Source: Gammaproteobacteria bacterium (lineage in GTDB: Bacteria > Pseudomonadota > Gammaproteobacteria > JBCCGL01). From it: a stretch of DNA of 64,000 nucleotides. Location of the stretch: the NCBI GenBank assembly GCA_965277715.1, contig OZ255836.1:1056001-1120000 (forward strand), written 5' to 3'. Shown here piece by piece: positions 48,953 through 60,118 of the stretch. Made by a program: the position numbers and the translations under genes. The notes under the pieces were generated by a model, which did no database searches, was not told the DNA's origin, and saw nothing but the letters and a program-made list of their open reading frames with translations. Every line of letters starts with the position of its first letter. Position 1 is the first letter of the stretch.

Positions 48953-49948
48953 CTACTGTGTTGCCGCAAGCTTTACAGCGCGGCCAATTTTTGTAGCAGT
49001 GCCCATCGGCACTTCGCCAACAACCGTTACATGTATTTGGTTTACCGTCCGGCCAAATGCACTCACCGCGCCCATCTGCGATTCACCCAGCAATATGTTA
49101 TTACCATTTTTTAGCGCAGCTGCATTGTTCTGCTCGACATAGACTGAAACGGATGCGAGGCCATCGGAGAGCGTAATATGGTGGGTCAGGTGTTCATTCC
49201 CCACCATTGGTTTTATTTTTTCAGATACCGAATGAAATCCGGCAGGGAGATTTTCAAATTCCCATGCCACTGAAAAATCCTCTTGTGCCTGCGTATCCAT
49301 TTTTTGCTGCCAGGTATAATTTTTCTGGCTTACTGAAGGTATGAATTGCTCTGCTGGCATTTCATCATTCAGGGTTATCTGGGTAAACATCATTTGCTCG
49401 ATGGGGGTACCACTTGCGTCCAACATTTGTGAACGCAGCAATAAATAATTCTCTTTGTCGATCCACAGGCGATGACCGTAGCGCAACGCGTCCTTTGGGG
49501 TAATGACAATAACGATACTGGCGCGATCGGCAACGCGGTCTTCACCCAGCACACTGAACGTGTACCAACTGGCAATATTCTGTAAATCACTATCCAGCCA
49601 CTCGGAAAAAGGCGTTCGCTGTCGGGACTCGCTGACCGTTACAGATTGACTGCCAGGCCAGATACAGATGACATTGGTATTGTCGCGAATAATTTCACGC
49701 GCCTCACCATTGAGCGAAAACAAACTTTCCTTTTCGCCTTTTTCATCGCGCATATGGCGAATTTTTAGCGTTTCCAGCTTATCCCCATACAGGTATACAT
49801 AGGTACCTGTGTAGTTTTCATTTTGCATGGCCTGTGACATATTGCCCAGCCAGTCGACCGCACCTACAGCACCTGCTGTACTGGAGAACGTCAGTGCCAG
49901 CAGTATGCTGGCAAAATACGCGATGTTACTCCGTGGCGTCATAACCAA
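48953..49948 (-). CDS. rseB: RseB/MucB
   Basis: ENYTGTYVY, LNGEAREI, SDGLASVSVY, VVGEVP. Confidence 0.92.
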   Translation of the reverse strand: MVMTPRSNIAYFASILLALTFSSTAGAVGAVDWLGNMSQAMQNENYTGTYVYLYGDKLETLKIRHMRDEKGEKESLFSLNGEAREIIRDNTNVICIWPGSQSVTVSESRQRTPFSEWLDSDLQNIASWYTFSVLGEDRVADRASIVIVITPKDALRYGHRLWIDKENYLLLRSQMLDASGTPIEQMMFTQITLNDEMPAEQFIPSVSQKNYTWQQKMDTQAQEDFSVAWEFENLPAGFHSVSEKIKPMVGNEHLTHHITLSDGLASVSVYVEQNNAAALKNGNNILLGESQMGAVSAFGRTVNQIHVTVVGEVPMGTATKIGRAVKLAATQ

Positions 49949-50564
49949 CCAATCGTGAATAGGGCAACATACCCTGCACTTTGCTGGAATTTGCGTATTC
50001 CATATGGTCTGCCAGATACCTGTTTAGGCGTTCTTCCAGCGCGGCATCACGTTGTTGGTCAACGCGTTGCACATGCCAATGCGTGCCACTGGAATCCAGC
50101 GACACTCTACGCACATCAATGCCCGGTAGAACAATTTGTGTTGTAGGGGTTTGCGCACCAGCGTTTGTATTGCTGGCAACTGCCGGTATTGAAGGAGAGG
50201 AGGTAGTGGGCAAGCGGTTCAACCCAAACACCGAAACGGCAGCCACTGTAGCGGCGATGGCAAAACCCAGTGCTGGCCTTTGCCAGCGTGTTTCGCGCTC
50301 AGACCGCCGCCGTTTGCCGACCGTATTGGCAACCTGAGGTGCAAGAATAGTGGGTTCTTTATCCAGCGCAGCACTGACCCGGCCAGAGAAACCATCATCC
50401 AGGGTTCCGGTGTAACTACGCTGCATAATAGCGCGTGTACGGTGGTACTCACCCCAGCGGGCGCTCAACGCGGCATCAGTACCCACTCGTTTTAGCAGGC
50501 CTGTAGCATCTTCATATTCACCGTCGACCAACGCGGACAGTGTTTCATATTTGTCTTCGTTCAC
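49926..50564 (-). CDS. rseA: Anti-sigma-E factor RseA/MucA
   Basis: ETLSALVDGE, W..YH, AIAATVA TM segment, RLNRYLADH. Confidence 0.88.
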   Translation of the reverse strand: MNEDKYETLSALVDGEYEDATGLLKRVGTDAALSARWGEYHRTRAIMQRSYTGTLDDGFSGRVSAALDKEPTILAPQVANTVGKRRRSERETRWQRPALGFAIAATVAAVSVFGLNRLPTTSSPSIPAVASNTNAGAQTPTTQIVLPGIDVRRVSLDSSGTHWHVQRVDQQRDAALEERLNRYLADHMEYANSSKVQGMLPYSRLVGYDATE

Positions 50565-51159
50565 ACTCTTGACTCTCATCAGTTTCATTCAATAATGGGT
50601 ACAGGTTGGTATTAATCGCTTCACGTGCACGAAAAATACGCGATCGCACTGTACCTATCGGGCAACCCATAATTCCAGCGATTTCCTCATAGGAAACCCC
50701 CTCGAATTCCCGCAGTGTAATCGCTGTTTTCAACTCATCAGGCAGGTGTTCAATAGTGGTTCGAACAACCTCCTGTATCTCATTGGTTAACAATTCGCGT
50801 TCAGGGCTCGCCTGCTCATGCAGCGCCTGCGCGCCCTCGTACTGCTCCGCCTCCTGTGCATCAATCGTATAACTGGCGCTACGTCGGCCTTGGGACACCA
50901 GGTGATTTTTTGCCGTGTTAATCGCAATACGGTATAACCAGGTATAAAACGCACTGTCACCACGAAAATTTGCCAACCCCCGGTAGGCTTTTATAAAAGC
51001 CTCCTGGGACACATCTTGAATTTCGTCAGCATCACGTATATAACGGGATACGAGTTGAGCAATTTTTTGCTGGTATTTCAGCACCAGCAAATCAAATGCC
51101 GCTTTATCGCCCTTTTGGACGTTGCGCACCAACTCCAGGTCGATACTACCCTCACTCAT
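50545..51159 (-). CDS. rpoE: RNA polymerase sigma factor RpoE
   Basis: AFDLLVLKYQ, FRGDSAFYTWLYRIAINTAKN, CPIGTVRSRIFRAR. Confidence 0.97.
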   Translation of the reverse strand: MSEGSIDLELVRNVQKGDKAAFDLLVLKYQQKIAQLVSRYIRDADEIQDVSQEAFIKAYRGLANFRGDSAFYTWLYRIAINTAKNHLVSQGRRSASYTIDAQEAEQYEGAQALHEQASPERELLTNEIQEVVRTTIEHLPDELKTAITLREFEGVSYEEIAGIMGCPIGTVRSRIFRAREAINTNLYPLLNETDESQECERRQI

Positions 51160-51205
51160 AAAAAATGCTCCAGGGATAATTTCGACCTATATATAGTTGG
51201 CGGCA

Positions 51206-51231
51206 TAGACAATGAGATAACGACATAGTTC
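51206..51231 (-). promoter_or_regulatory. Sigma-E autoregulatory promoter
   Basis: Minus strand GAACT-N16-GTCTA upstream of rpoE. Confidence 0.7.
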
Positions 51232-51346
51232 ATAAGGGCCACATTGTACGTCGAATAACTCAGATAACTCCAGTACACAGGCTTCATTGAAAACCAACTG
51301 ACAGTGTCTGTGTCAAAACAGACACTTATTTAGTAGCATTCCACGT

Positions 51347-52999
51347 ATGAGTAAAACCCATTATTTTGATGTTGTCGTTTTTGGTTCAGGTGCGGCAGGT
51401 TTGGCGCTGGCATTGAATCTGGCCGATCAACACCGCGTTGCCGTGATCGCCAAATCAGAACTTCAGGAATGCAGTACTTACTACGCTCAGGGCGGTATAT
51501 CGGCGGTGCTGGATTCCAAAGATAGTTTTGAATCGCATATTAAAGATACACTCAACGCCGGTGCCGGGTTGTGTGATGCGGAGATTGTGCGCTACACCGT
51601 CGAGCGCGGGCCGGGCAGTATCCACTGGCTACAACAGCTCGGTGTCGACTTCAGTGAGTGGTTTAACGCTGCGGGGCAACGCCAGCCGCACTTAACACGC
51701 GAGGGCGGACACAGCCACCGGCGGGTTATCCACGCAGACGATGCAACCGGGCGTGTGGTTGAAAATACCCTGATCGACAGAGCCAGGGAAAACGCCAATA
51801 TCACGCTATTCGAGCACAGTATCGCTGTTGACCTGATTACCCAACACAAGCTCAGTACAACACCACTCAAACAGAGCCAAAACCGCTGTCTGGGTGCTTA
51901 TGTACTGAACTGCGAAAGCGAAAAAACAGAAACCTTCCTGGCCTCAGCCGTGGTACTCGCCACAGGTGGTGCCAATAAAGTATACCTCTACAGTAGCAAC
52001 CCGGATGGTTCAACAGGTGATGGCATTGCCATGGCGTGGCGTGCGGGCTGTCGTGTATCGAATATGGAATTTATGCAGTTTCACCCCACCTGCCTCTACC
52101 ATTCACGCGCCAAATCGGCATTGATTTCAGAAGCAGTGCGCGGTGAAGGTGGTCGATTGCTACTCGAAAACGGGGAGCGCTTTATGGCTCGGTTCGACCC
52201 GCGTATGGAACTGGCACCCCGCGATATTGTCGCCCGCGCCATCGACCACGAAATGAAACGCACGGGGGCAGACCATATTTATCTGGATATTTCGCACAAA
52301 CCGGCAGACTTTATCACCCACCACTTTCCGAATATTTACCAAACCTGCCAGGCCTTCGGTTTCGATATAACCCGCGAGCCCATTCCGGTGGTGCCAGCAG
52401 CGCACTATACCTGCGGAGGGGTGCTCACCAATGAACATGGATGCACCGACATCGCCTCACTGTATGCCATTGGGGAAACTGCCTGCACCGGGCTGCACGG
52501 CGCCAACCGTATGGCCAGCAATTCACTGTTGGAATGCCTGGTTTTTGCCCGCTCAGCCAGTGAGCATATTCTCAGTACGCTGACACCACAAACCGCCGAT
52601 ATAGCGGTGCCCGCCTGGGATGAAAGCCGTGTCACCGACTCAGATGAGGAAGTGGTGGTTTCGCATAACTGGGACGAGCTGCGTCGTTTTATGTGGGATT
52701 ATGTCGGTATTGTACGGACAGACAAACGCCTGGCCCGCGCCAAACACCGGGTGGATTTATTGATTAGCGAAATTGACGAGTACTACAGTAACTTCCGTGT
52801 AAGCCCCGATTTGTTGGAGCTGCGCAACCTCACCACCGTGGCCGATCTCATTATCCGCTCGGCCTTGTCGCGCAAAGAGAGCCGTGGCCTGCACTTTACG
52901 CTCGACTACCCCGAACCGGGCAGTAGCGCCGATAACACAGTACTCTCACCCGACCTCCCCTCTATCCACGCTGCACAAGGCGCAGATAAAAGCGCTTAA
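51347..52999 (+). CDS. nadB: L-aspartate oxidase
   Basis: YAQGGI, REGGHSHRR, QFHPT, LHGANRMASNSLLE; divergent from rpoE. Confidence 0.96.
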   Translation: MSKTHYFDVVVFGSGAAGLALALNLADQHRVAVIAKSELQECSTYYAQGGISAVLDSKDSFESHIKDTLNAGAGLCDAEIVRYTVERGPGSIHWLQQLGVDFSEWFNAAGQRQPHLTREGGHSHRRVIHADDATGRVVENTLIDRARENANITLFEHSIAVDLITQHKLSTTPLKQSQNRCLGAYVLNCESEKTETFLASAVVLATGGANKVYLYSSNPDGSTGDGIAMAWRAGCRVSNMEFMQFHPTCLYHSRAKSALISEAVRGEGGRLLLENGERFMARFDPRMELAPRDIVARAIDHEMKRTGADHIYLDISHKPADFITHHFPNIYQTCQAFGFDITREPIPVVPAAHYTCGGVLTNEHGCTDIASLYAIGETACTGLHGANRMASNSLLECLVFARSASEHILSTLTPQTADIAVPAWDESRVTDSDEEVVVSHNWDELRRFMWDYVGIVRTDKRLARAKHRVDLLISEIDEYYSNFRVSPDLLELRNLTTVADLIIRSALSRKESRGLHFTLDYPEPGSSADNTVLSPDLPSIHAAQGADKSA

Positions 53000-53038
53000 T
53001 GCATTATTGATTACAGACATATAAGGCCATCTCCTGCG

Positions 53039-53869
53039 ATGAACACACACCAAAAATTACCGCTCGTTATTAGCCCGGAGCAGCTTGAGGCAATAAAAGC
53101 GACGGTACATAACCTCGTCCTGGTTGACCTGCAGAATCAAGAAAACTATTCACAGGCGCATATACCCGGTGCAGTTAATCTCGATTACGCACGTATTGTC
53201 ACCAGTGATGGCGTATCTCAGGGGCTATTGCCCGATGGGGAAATATTCGCCACTGTCGCCAGGGAGTTGGGTATCCGTAGTGACAGCCAGGTAGTTGCCT
53301 ACGATGCCGAAGGGGGGGCCGCCGCCGCCCGGCTAATCTGGACACTGCATGTATTTGGCCATTGGGCCACAGCATTGCTCGATGGAGGGTTGCGCCATTG
53401 GGCCGCTCATAACCACCCGCTTGCAAACGGCTTGGCCGATAACCACCCGACGCCTGGCAATTTTGTAGCAGAACCTGCCAACCATGCTGTCATCGACGGC
53501 GACGAATTACTCAGCCGATTTGAAGACGAACAGCTCACAGTACTGGATGCGCGTTCACTGGATGAATATTGTGGAAACAAAGTGTTTGCCGCACGTGGCG
53601 GTCATATACCAGGCGCCAGACACCTGGAGTGGAGCGATGCACTGAATCCGCACCAGAATCTTTGTTTGAAACCTGACGCTGTGCTTCAGCAAATGCTCGA
53701 TGCAAACGGCATCGAAAAACAACACGAGGTGGTTGTGCACTGCCAGACACACCGACGCTCTTCACTGAGTTATGTGATGCTCAAACACCTCGGTTATAGC
53801 AATGTACGGGGTTATCACGGTTCCTGGTCTGAGTGGGGTAACCGGCAGGATACGCCGGTTACTCTTTAA
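53039..53869 (+). CDS. Tandem rhodanese sulfurtransferase
   Basis: HIPGA twice, HCQTHRRS, YHGSWSEW. Confidence 0.92.
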   Translation: MNTHQKLPLVISPEQLEAIKATVHNLVLVDLQNQENYSQAHIPGAVNLDYARIVTSDGVSQGLLPDGEIFATVARELGIRSDSQVVAYDAEGGAAAARLIWTLHVFGHWATALLDGGLRHWAAHNHPLANGLADNHPTPGNFVAEPANHAVIDGDELLSRFEDEQLTVLDARSLDEYCGNKVFAARGGHIPGARHLEWSDALNPHQNLCLKPDAVLQQMLDANGIEKQHEVVVHCQTHRRSSLSYVMLKHLGYSNVRGYHGSWSEWGNRQDTPVTL

Positions 53870-53992
53870 AGATATCTTGGTGAGGAATGCGATACGCTCT
53901 TTATGGGCGTCTAGTTTTGACATAAACAGGCTCTAACCATGTCTAAAAATACGTGTTCAGAGCCATTGATGCCACCGACTAAGGGTTGTATT

Positions 53993-54538
53993 TTAGATTT
54001 TAAACGCATGCTGACGGTAATAAATCAATTCATTGATCGAATCATAAATATCGTCGAGTGCCAGGTGCTTGCTCTCTTTCGTTATCCCCTTGGCCAGCGC
54101 AGGTGCCCAGCGTTGCACCATTTCCTTTACCGCGCTGACATCCATATTGCGGTAGTGGAAATAATCCTCCAACTCTGGCATTTGCCGCGCCATAAACCGC
54201 CTGTCCTGGCAGATGCTGTTGCCGCACATCGGTGATTTCCCCCTGGGCACGTATTTCTTCACAAAGGCCAGCGTCTGTTGCTCGGCGTCGTGCATTGATA
54301 AAGGGCTATTTTGAATCCGTGTAACCAATCCCGATGCATTGTGCTGGCGGGTATTCCACGCGTCCATCCCAGCCAATACCTCAGCAGGCTGGTAAATCGC
54401 CAACACCGGCCCTTCGGCAATGATATTTAGCGACGAGTCGGTAATAATGGTAGCGATTTCAATAATTTCATCTGTGAAGGGATCCAGGCCCGTCATTTCC
54501 AAGTCGATCCAGATAAGATGGTTCATATCACTTGCCAT
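53993..54538 (-). CDS. orn: Oligoribonuclease
   Basis: [29 protein letters not shown]. Confidence 0.96.
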   Translation of the reverse strand: MASDMNHLIWIDLEMTGLDPFTDEIIEIATIITDSSLNIIAEGPVLAIYQPAEVLAGMDAWNTRQHNASGLVTRIQNSPLSMHDAEQQTLAFVKKYVPRGKSPMCGNSICQDRRFMARQMPELEDYFHYRNMDVSAVKEMVQRWAPALAKGITKESKHLALDDIYDSINELIYYRQHAFKI

Positions 54539-54575
54539 TACATTTGTTCCTCTGCCCTTAAAAATGGCAGTATAG

Positions 54576-54953
54576 GTGATTGTCACTATTGACTACAGCG
54601 AGAAAGGGCTTTTGGATACCATTCCTTTGATACAGCAACACTGCCAGGCTTACAGCGACGATCAGCAGCCACTGACAGCGGCAGCCTGCACACCCTTGCT
54701 TAGCCAACTCGATGGCGACTGGACACTCAGCGATGACGCACAGCAAATCGACCGGCACTTCACATTTAAAAATTACGGCCAAACCATTGCCTTTGTCAAC
54801 GCCGTTGCCTGGATTGCCAACCGTGAAGACCACCACCCCGATCTCGAAGTGAGCTACCGGCACTGTCGGGTACACTATACCACCCACTCCCTGGGTGGCT
54901 TATCACACAACGATTTTATCTGCGCCGCAAAAATTGATGCGCTCATTGCCTAA
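54576..54953 (+). CDS. Pterin-4-alpha-carbinolamine dehydratase
   Basis: [25 protein letters not shown]. Confidence 0.92.
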   Translation: MIVTIDYSEKGLLDTIPLIQQHCQAYSDDQQPLTAAACTPLLSQLDGDWTLSDDAQQIDRHFTFKNYGQTIAFVNAVAWIANREDHHPDLEVSYRHCRVHYTTHSLGGLSHNDFICAAKIDALIA

Positions 54954-55878
54954 GCGCCGACAATTCATGCCACACGAGCCATCGCAGAAAACCAACCAAC
55001 TGCATCCACTTCGCGTCATCGCCAATCACAATGCGACGATTATCGTGCAGGATGAAAACCAACAGGTTTTTCGTTGTGTCGCACGCAAAAAACTGGGCAC
55101 GGTTGTGGCCGGTGACTGGGTGCAAATCCAAAAACAGGCAACCGGGCACGCCGCTGTTGTATCGATAGCACCACGCCAGGGCGTGCTACAACGGCCTGGC
55201 CGCCGCAACGCATTAAAACCCGTCGCGGCACACTTAACCCACCTGTTGATTGTCAGTGCCATTAAACCGGGTATCGATACGCTGCTTATCGATAGTTATT
55301 GCTGCGCCGCCGAACGGGCAAATATCCAGCCTGTATTGCTGATTAATAAATCAGATATGCTCGACAAAACTGAGCTGAATACACTCACCGAAATGCTCGA
55401 CAGTTACCACCGTATTGGCTACCCGGCGGCATTACTCAGCGCCAAACACGCTATAGGGATGACACCGTTATTCGCGCTATTGCAAGACCACACCTCAGTG
55501 CTCGTCGGCCAGTCCGGCGTCGGCAAATCGTCGATTGTCAACCGGATACTGCCAGATAAAGCCATCCGCACCAGTGCACTTTCTATGACTAATGGGCAAG
55601 GAGGACACACCACAACAGCGACAACGCTGTATAATCTCGACGGCGGTGGGTGCCTTATCGACTCCCCCGGTGTGCGTGAATTTACCCTGATGCATATTAC
55701 ACAAATCGAGCTATCACGCGCATTCAGAGAGTTTACTGCCTATTCCCAGCACTGTAGATTTAGTAACTGTATACACAACAATGAACCGGGATGCGCTGTA
55801 AAACAAGCGCTTGGCAGTGGTGATATAACCACCAGTCGCTACCAAAACTATCTGACACTGCTTGAAAAAAGCACGTGA
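54937..55878 (+). CDS. rsgA: Ribosome small subunit-dependent GTPase A (start uncertain)
   Basis: NKSD, GQSGVGKSS, HTTT, DSPG, CRFSNC.H..EPGC. Confidence 0.94.
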   Translation: MRSLPKRRQFMPHEPSQKTNQLHPLRVIANHNATIIVQDENQQVFRCVARKKLGTVVAGDWVQIQKQATGHAAVVSIAPRQGVLQRPGRRNALKPVAAHLTHLLIVSAIKPGIDTLLIDSYCCAAERANIQPVLLINKSDMLDKTELNTLTEMLDSYHRIGYPAALLSAKHAIGMTPLFALLQDHTSVLVGQSGVGKSSIVNRILPDKAIRTSALSMTNGQGGHTTTATTLYNLDGGGCLIDSPGVREFTLMHITQIELSRAFREFTAYSQHCRFSNCIHNNEPGCAVKQALGSGDITTSRYQNYLTLLEKST

Positions 55879-55951
55879 TAACATCAATCCTTAATGCCGT
55901 TACAAACGGTTTACCTCGCACAACACATTGTGCGAATAACGTGGAGACACT

Positions 55952-57718
55952 ATGGCCTATCAGCATATCCAGCTTCCATCCGGTGGCAAGAAAATCACCA
56001 TTAAAAATGGCAAAATCACGGTGCCGGATAACCCTGTTGTCGGTTACGTTGAGGGCGATGGGATAGGCCCGGATATTACCCGCGCCAGCCTCAGAGTATG
56101 GGACGCCGCCGTAGCCAAAGCCTACGATGGCAAGCGCAAAATCCACTGGTGTGAATTATTTATGGGAGAAAAAGCCGCCAGTATTTACGACGGTGATTAC
56201 TTCCCCGCCGAAACCCTGCAAGCGCTGGGTGAACTGGTGGTTTCGATTAAGGGCCCACTCACCACCCCTATTGGCGGTGGGTTTCGCTCGCTTAACGTGG
56301 CACTGCGCCAGGAGCTGGATTTATACGCCTGTGTACGCCCGGTGCGCTATTACAACGGTGTGCCTTCACCGATGCGTAAGCCCGAGGAAATCGACATTGT
56401 TATTTTTCGTGAAAACACCGAAGACGTCTACAGCGGTATCGAATATAAAAGCGGGAGCGATGACAATAAAAAACTCGCCAGGTTTCTGCGTGAGGAAATG
56501 GGCGTTTCATTTTTTGAGGATGCCGGTCTGGGTATCAAACCCGTATCCGAATTTGGTAGCAAACGCCTGGTACGCAAAGCGATTCAGTACGCCATCGACC
56601 ACAAGCGCGAAAGCGTAACGCTGGTACACAAAGGCAATATTATGAAGTTCACCGAGGGCGCTTTCAGCCAGTGGGGTTACGAAGTCGCCACTGAAGAATT
56701 CCGTGAACACTGCATTACCGAAGCCGAGCTGTACGATCAATACCGTGGTGAAATCCCAGAGGGGAAAATTGTTGTCAAAGACCGCATTGCCGACATCATG
56801 TTTCAGTTGTTACAACTGCGCCCCGCAGAATTTGATGTGCTGGCCACACTTAACCTCAATGGCGATTATCTGTCTGACGCCGCTGCCGCCGAGGTCGGAG
56901 GAATCGGTATTGCACCCGGTGCCAATATCGCCGATCACGTCGCGGTATTTGAAGCCACCCACGGCACTGCCCCCAAATACGCCAATATGGACAAGGTTAA
57001 CCCGAGTTCATTGATGTTATCCGGTGTGATGATGCTGGAATATATGGGTTGGCAGGAAGCAGCGGATTTGATCAACGCCGCCTACCCACAGGTTATCGAT
57101 GAAAAGACCGTAACCTACGATTTTGCCCGGCAAATGGACGGTGCAAAAGAACAGTCGACCAGCGGCTTCGCCGATTGCCTGATCAACCATATCAATAATA
57201 TCGACGATGCCGCTGACGCCCGCGCCCAGCGACGCAAAGTGGCCGAGCAACAACGCAAAAAACTTGAAGCCGAGCGTATCGCCGACCCCGAGCGCGCCAT
57301 GAAAGCCTCTGGTCGGCGCCCGACTAACGCAGCCGGTATTATGACCAAGGTTAAGGGCACCCTGCCTGGCGATACAACTGTGCAAACATCGATGCACGTG
57401 ATGCGCGAATCGGGTATTGGTTCAATTCTGGTAAAAATGGACGATGGCGAGTGGGGCATCCTGACACGCCGTGATATTGTTAAAAAAATCATGAGTGCCA
57501 ACAAATCGCCCGCATTAGTCAAATCCAGCGAAATTGCGACAACACCCTTGATTACAGTAAAAATGGATCAGGATCTTTCCAGCATCGGCGCGCTGCTTCT
57601 GGAAAAGAATATTCACCGCGTCGTCGTGGTCAATGAAAAGGGAGAGCCAGAGGGATTAGTCTCTGAAAATGCTTTATTCAGAACGGTTGAAGCGTTTGGT
57701 TGGGGTGACGACGAATAA
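55952..57718 (+). CDS. icd: NADP-isocitrate dehydrogenase with a C-terminal CBS pair
   Basis: [37 protein letters not shown]; then a charged linker and CBS-like repeats ([20 protein letters not shown]). Confidence 0.92.
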   Translation: MAYQHIQLPSGGKKITIKNGKITVPDNPVVGYVEGDGIGPDITRASLRVWDAAVAKAYDGKRKIHWCELFMGEKAASIYDGDYFPAETLQALGELVVSIKGPLTTPIGGGFRSLNVALRQELDLYACVRPVRYYNGVPSPMRKPEEIDIVIFRENTEDVYSGIEYKSGSDDNKKLARFLREEMGVSFFEDAGLGIKPVSEFGSKRLVRKAIQYAIDHKRESVTLVHKGNIMKFTEGAFSQWGYEVATEEFREHCITEAELYDQYRGEIPEGKIVVKDRIADIMFQLLQLRPAEFDVLATLNLNGDYLSDAAAAEVGGIGIAPGANIADHVAVFEATHGTAPKYANMDKVNPSSLMLSGVMMLEYMGWQEAADLINAAYPQVIDEKTVTYDFARQMDGAKEQSTSGFADCLINHINNIDDAADARAQRRKVAEQQRKKLEAERIADPERAMKASGRRPTNAAGIMTKVKGTLPGDTTVQTSMHVMRESGIGSILVKMDDGEWGILTRRDIVKKIMSANKSPALVKSSEIATTPLITVKMDQDLSSIGALLLEKNIHRVVVVNEKGEPEGLVSENALFRTVEAFGWGDDE

Positions 57719-57746
57719 CCACATTATTCAGCATTAATGGTTTAAC

Positions 57747-57767
57747 TGGGTGGCGCTAAGCCACCCA
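57747..57767. terminator. Hairpin between convergent icd and hydrolase genes
   Basis: TGGGTGGC-gctaa-GCCACCCA. Confidence 0.6.
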
Positions 57768-57814
57768 TAGGTTTTAACCAAATTGCTTAACTCAAATTGA
57801 TTGGTTCAGCTCGA

Positions 57815-59044
57815 TTAACCCGCTAATGATAAAGCGGCGTGCAACAGGACATTACAACCCGCCTCCAAATCATCCGGCTCAGCACTTTCCTCTTCATTGT
57901 GGCTGATACCACCGGCACACGGCACAAAAATCATCCCCACAGGCACCACCCGGCTGACCTGGCACGCATCGTGACCGGCACCAGAAACAATATCCTGATG
58001 CGCATAACCCAGGTTTTCCGCCGCATCACGTACAGCACTAATACAACGCGGATCAAAAACGGCGGGGGGATTATCCCAAATCTCGTCGATATCGAGCGTG
58101 GTGCCCTCCTCGCGACAGATCTGATCAAAAACGGTGCGCATTTCTGCATCCATTTTACGTAACTGGGTGTAATCGGGCTGACGTATATCGACGCTGAAGA
58201 ACACCTCACCGGGTATGGTATTTCTGGAATTGGGGCTGACATCGACACTGCCGACTGTACCCACAGCATTGGGAGCATATTTTCTGGCAATATCACGCAC
58301 CGCAACAGCCATTCGCGCAGCACACACAAACGCATCGCGCCGACCTGTCATTGGCGTGGGGCCTGCGTGTGAGTCCAGGCCTTTTACGGTTACGTCATAC
58401 CACAAACTGCCCTGCCCTCCCGTCACCACACCTACCGTCTTGTTATTGGCCTCAAGAATCGGCCCCTGTTCGATATGCGCTTCAAGATAGGCGTGCATTT
58501 TATGCTCGCCACACGCCTCGGTACCCATAAACCCACTCTGCTGTAAAGCATCGCCCTGAGTAGTGCCTTCAAGGTCTTCCCGCGCCAGCGCAAATTCACG
58601 GGTAAACAGACCGGCATAAACACCCGAAGCAATCATTGCCGGTGCAAATCGTGCGCCCTCCTCGTTCATCCATACCACGATTTCCAGCGGTGCAGTCGTT
58701 TCAATCGCGTTTTCGTTGAGCGTGCGTATCACTTCGAGACCAGCGAGCACCCCATAAATGCCATCAAATTTCCCGCCGTGTGGCTGAGTGTCCAAATGAC
58801 TGCCAAACACCACAGGCGCCAGGGTATTATCACGCCCGGCCCGGCGCACAAACAGGTTTCCCATATCGTCGGTCGTCGACGTACACCCCTGCGCTTTACA
58901 CCACTGCAAAAACAGATCCCGCCCAGCTTTATCTTCCTCGCTGAGCGCCAATCGACAGCAGCCGCCATTGGGCAGTTCACCAATTTTGGCCATCGCCATT
59001 AAACTGTCCCACAGGCGTTGACCATTGACACGGGCATTGTTCAT
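57815..59044 (-). CDS. M20 Zn amidohydrolase (N-carbamoyl-amino acid hydrolase / beta-ureidopropionase-like)
   Basis: GSHLDTQP.GGKFDG, NEEGARF, HIEQGP, SGAGHDA. Confidence 0.9.
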   Translation of the reverse strand: MNNARVNGQRLWDSLMAMAKIGELPNGGCCRLALSEEDKAGRDLFLQWCKAQGCTSTTDDMGNLFVRRAGRDNTLAPVVFGSHLDTQPHGGKFDGIYGVLAGLEVIRTLNENAIETTAPLEIVVWMNEEGARFAPAMIASGVYAGLFTREFALAREDLEGTTQGDALQQSGFMGTEACGEHKMHAYLEAHIEQGPILEANNKTVGVVTGGQGSLWYDVTVKGLDSHAGPTPMTGRRDAFVCAARMAVAVRDIARKYAPNAVGTVGSVDVSPNSRNTIPGEVFFSVDIRQPDYTQLRKMDAEMRTVFDQICREEGTTLDIDEIWDNPPAVFDPRCISAVRDAAENLGYAHQDIVSGAGHDACQVSRVVPVGMIFVPCAGGISHNEEESAEPDDLEAGCNVLLHAALSLAG

Positions 59045-59060
59045 ACGTCTCTCCTCAAGC

Positions 59061-59939
59061 CTATGCGGGATCGCGCCGCAGGGACTGGCACAAACAGTGC
59101 ACACCGCCGCCATTCAGCGTGAACTGACTCATATCCGGTGCGTAGACCTCAAAGCCACGTTGTTTTAACGCGGCGATTAAACCATCACTCCCCGCCATTG
59201 CCATAATGCGGTTATTGCCGAGGGACACCAGATTGACACCAAGATTTTTTGCCTCGGCAAAACCGACATCGACAAAATCGAACCCCTTGGCGCGCAACCA
59301 ATCAACCACCCAGCCTTCGAGTGCATCGAGGCACGCCACAATCAACTTAGGGGCAATCGGCACAACCAGGCCATCCATATGCACAAATAGCGCGGGGATA
59401 GGTGACACCTCAGCCTCCCACCCCTCATCGCGCACCCACTGTGCAACCTGCTCGGCACCCGCCTGTTCGGAGCGTTCGCCACCGTAACCGATCAACACCG
59501 AGCCGGGTTCAATAATCACAAAATCACCGCCTTCAAAGTGCCCGGCGGTCGCGTGCTTCCAGATGGGGATATTATTGTCCTGATAAAACTTGATGGCGGT
59601 AACATAATCGGCGCGGCGCGTTTTCAATTGCATATGGCAAATCAGCGCGCCCCAGGGGGTCATTGCGCTTGAATCCCGCGCAAAAAAATTGCGGTGCAAC
59701 ACCGGATCAGCATCGATGTAATGGCACTTCACCCCATTTTCCTCGTAAATGCGCACCATTTCAGCGTGTTGCTGCTGCGCCAGATCGTAATCGAATTTAG
59801 CGCCGGTTTTGTGAGCGTTAGCCATAGTACGGCGGGTCAGTGGCCCGGCATCAGTCCAGCGAAAATAAGTCGTTTTACCCAACAACACATCGCGCAACAC
59901 ACCGTAGTCGTTCTCGATACCCGTAATTTGATCACCCAT
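59061..59939 (-). CDS. Amidinotransferase/DDAH/arginine deiminase family protein
   Basis: FARD, FEGGD, HMD, GGGVHC. Confidence 0.88.
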   Translation of the reverse strand: MGDQITGIENDYGVLRDVLLGKTTYFRWTDAGPLTRRTMANAHKTGAKFDYDLAQQQHAEMVRIYEENGVKCHYIDADPVLHRNFFARDSSAMTPWGALICHMQLKTRRADYVTAIKFYQDNNIPIWKHATAGHFEGGDFVIIEPGSVLIGYGGERSEQAGAEQVAQWVRDEGWEAEVSPIPALFVHMDGLVVPIAPKLIVACLDALEGWVVDWLRAKGFDFVDVGFAEAKNLGVNLVSLGNNRIMAMAGSDGLIAALKQRGFEVYAPDMSQFTLNGGGVHCLCQSLRRDPA

Positions 59940-60118
59940 TTTTTACCTCATTAAAGTCTATTATTTATTGTTAGCTCGGTTTGTTAATCGCCCCCCCATG
60001 CTAATGCGCCGGATAAGCGTTGTAAATTGGAAAAACCACTCTCCAAATTTACCTGACCGAGAAGATGTCAATACTGTTTGACTTATCGAGCAATACCGTA
60101 CCATAACCACTGATGCGG

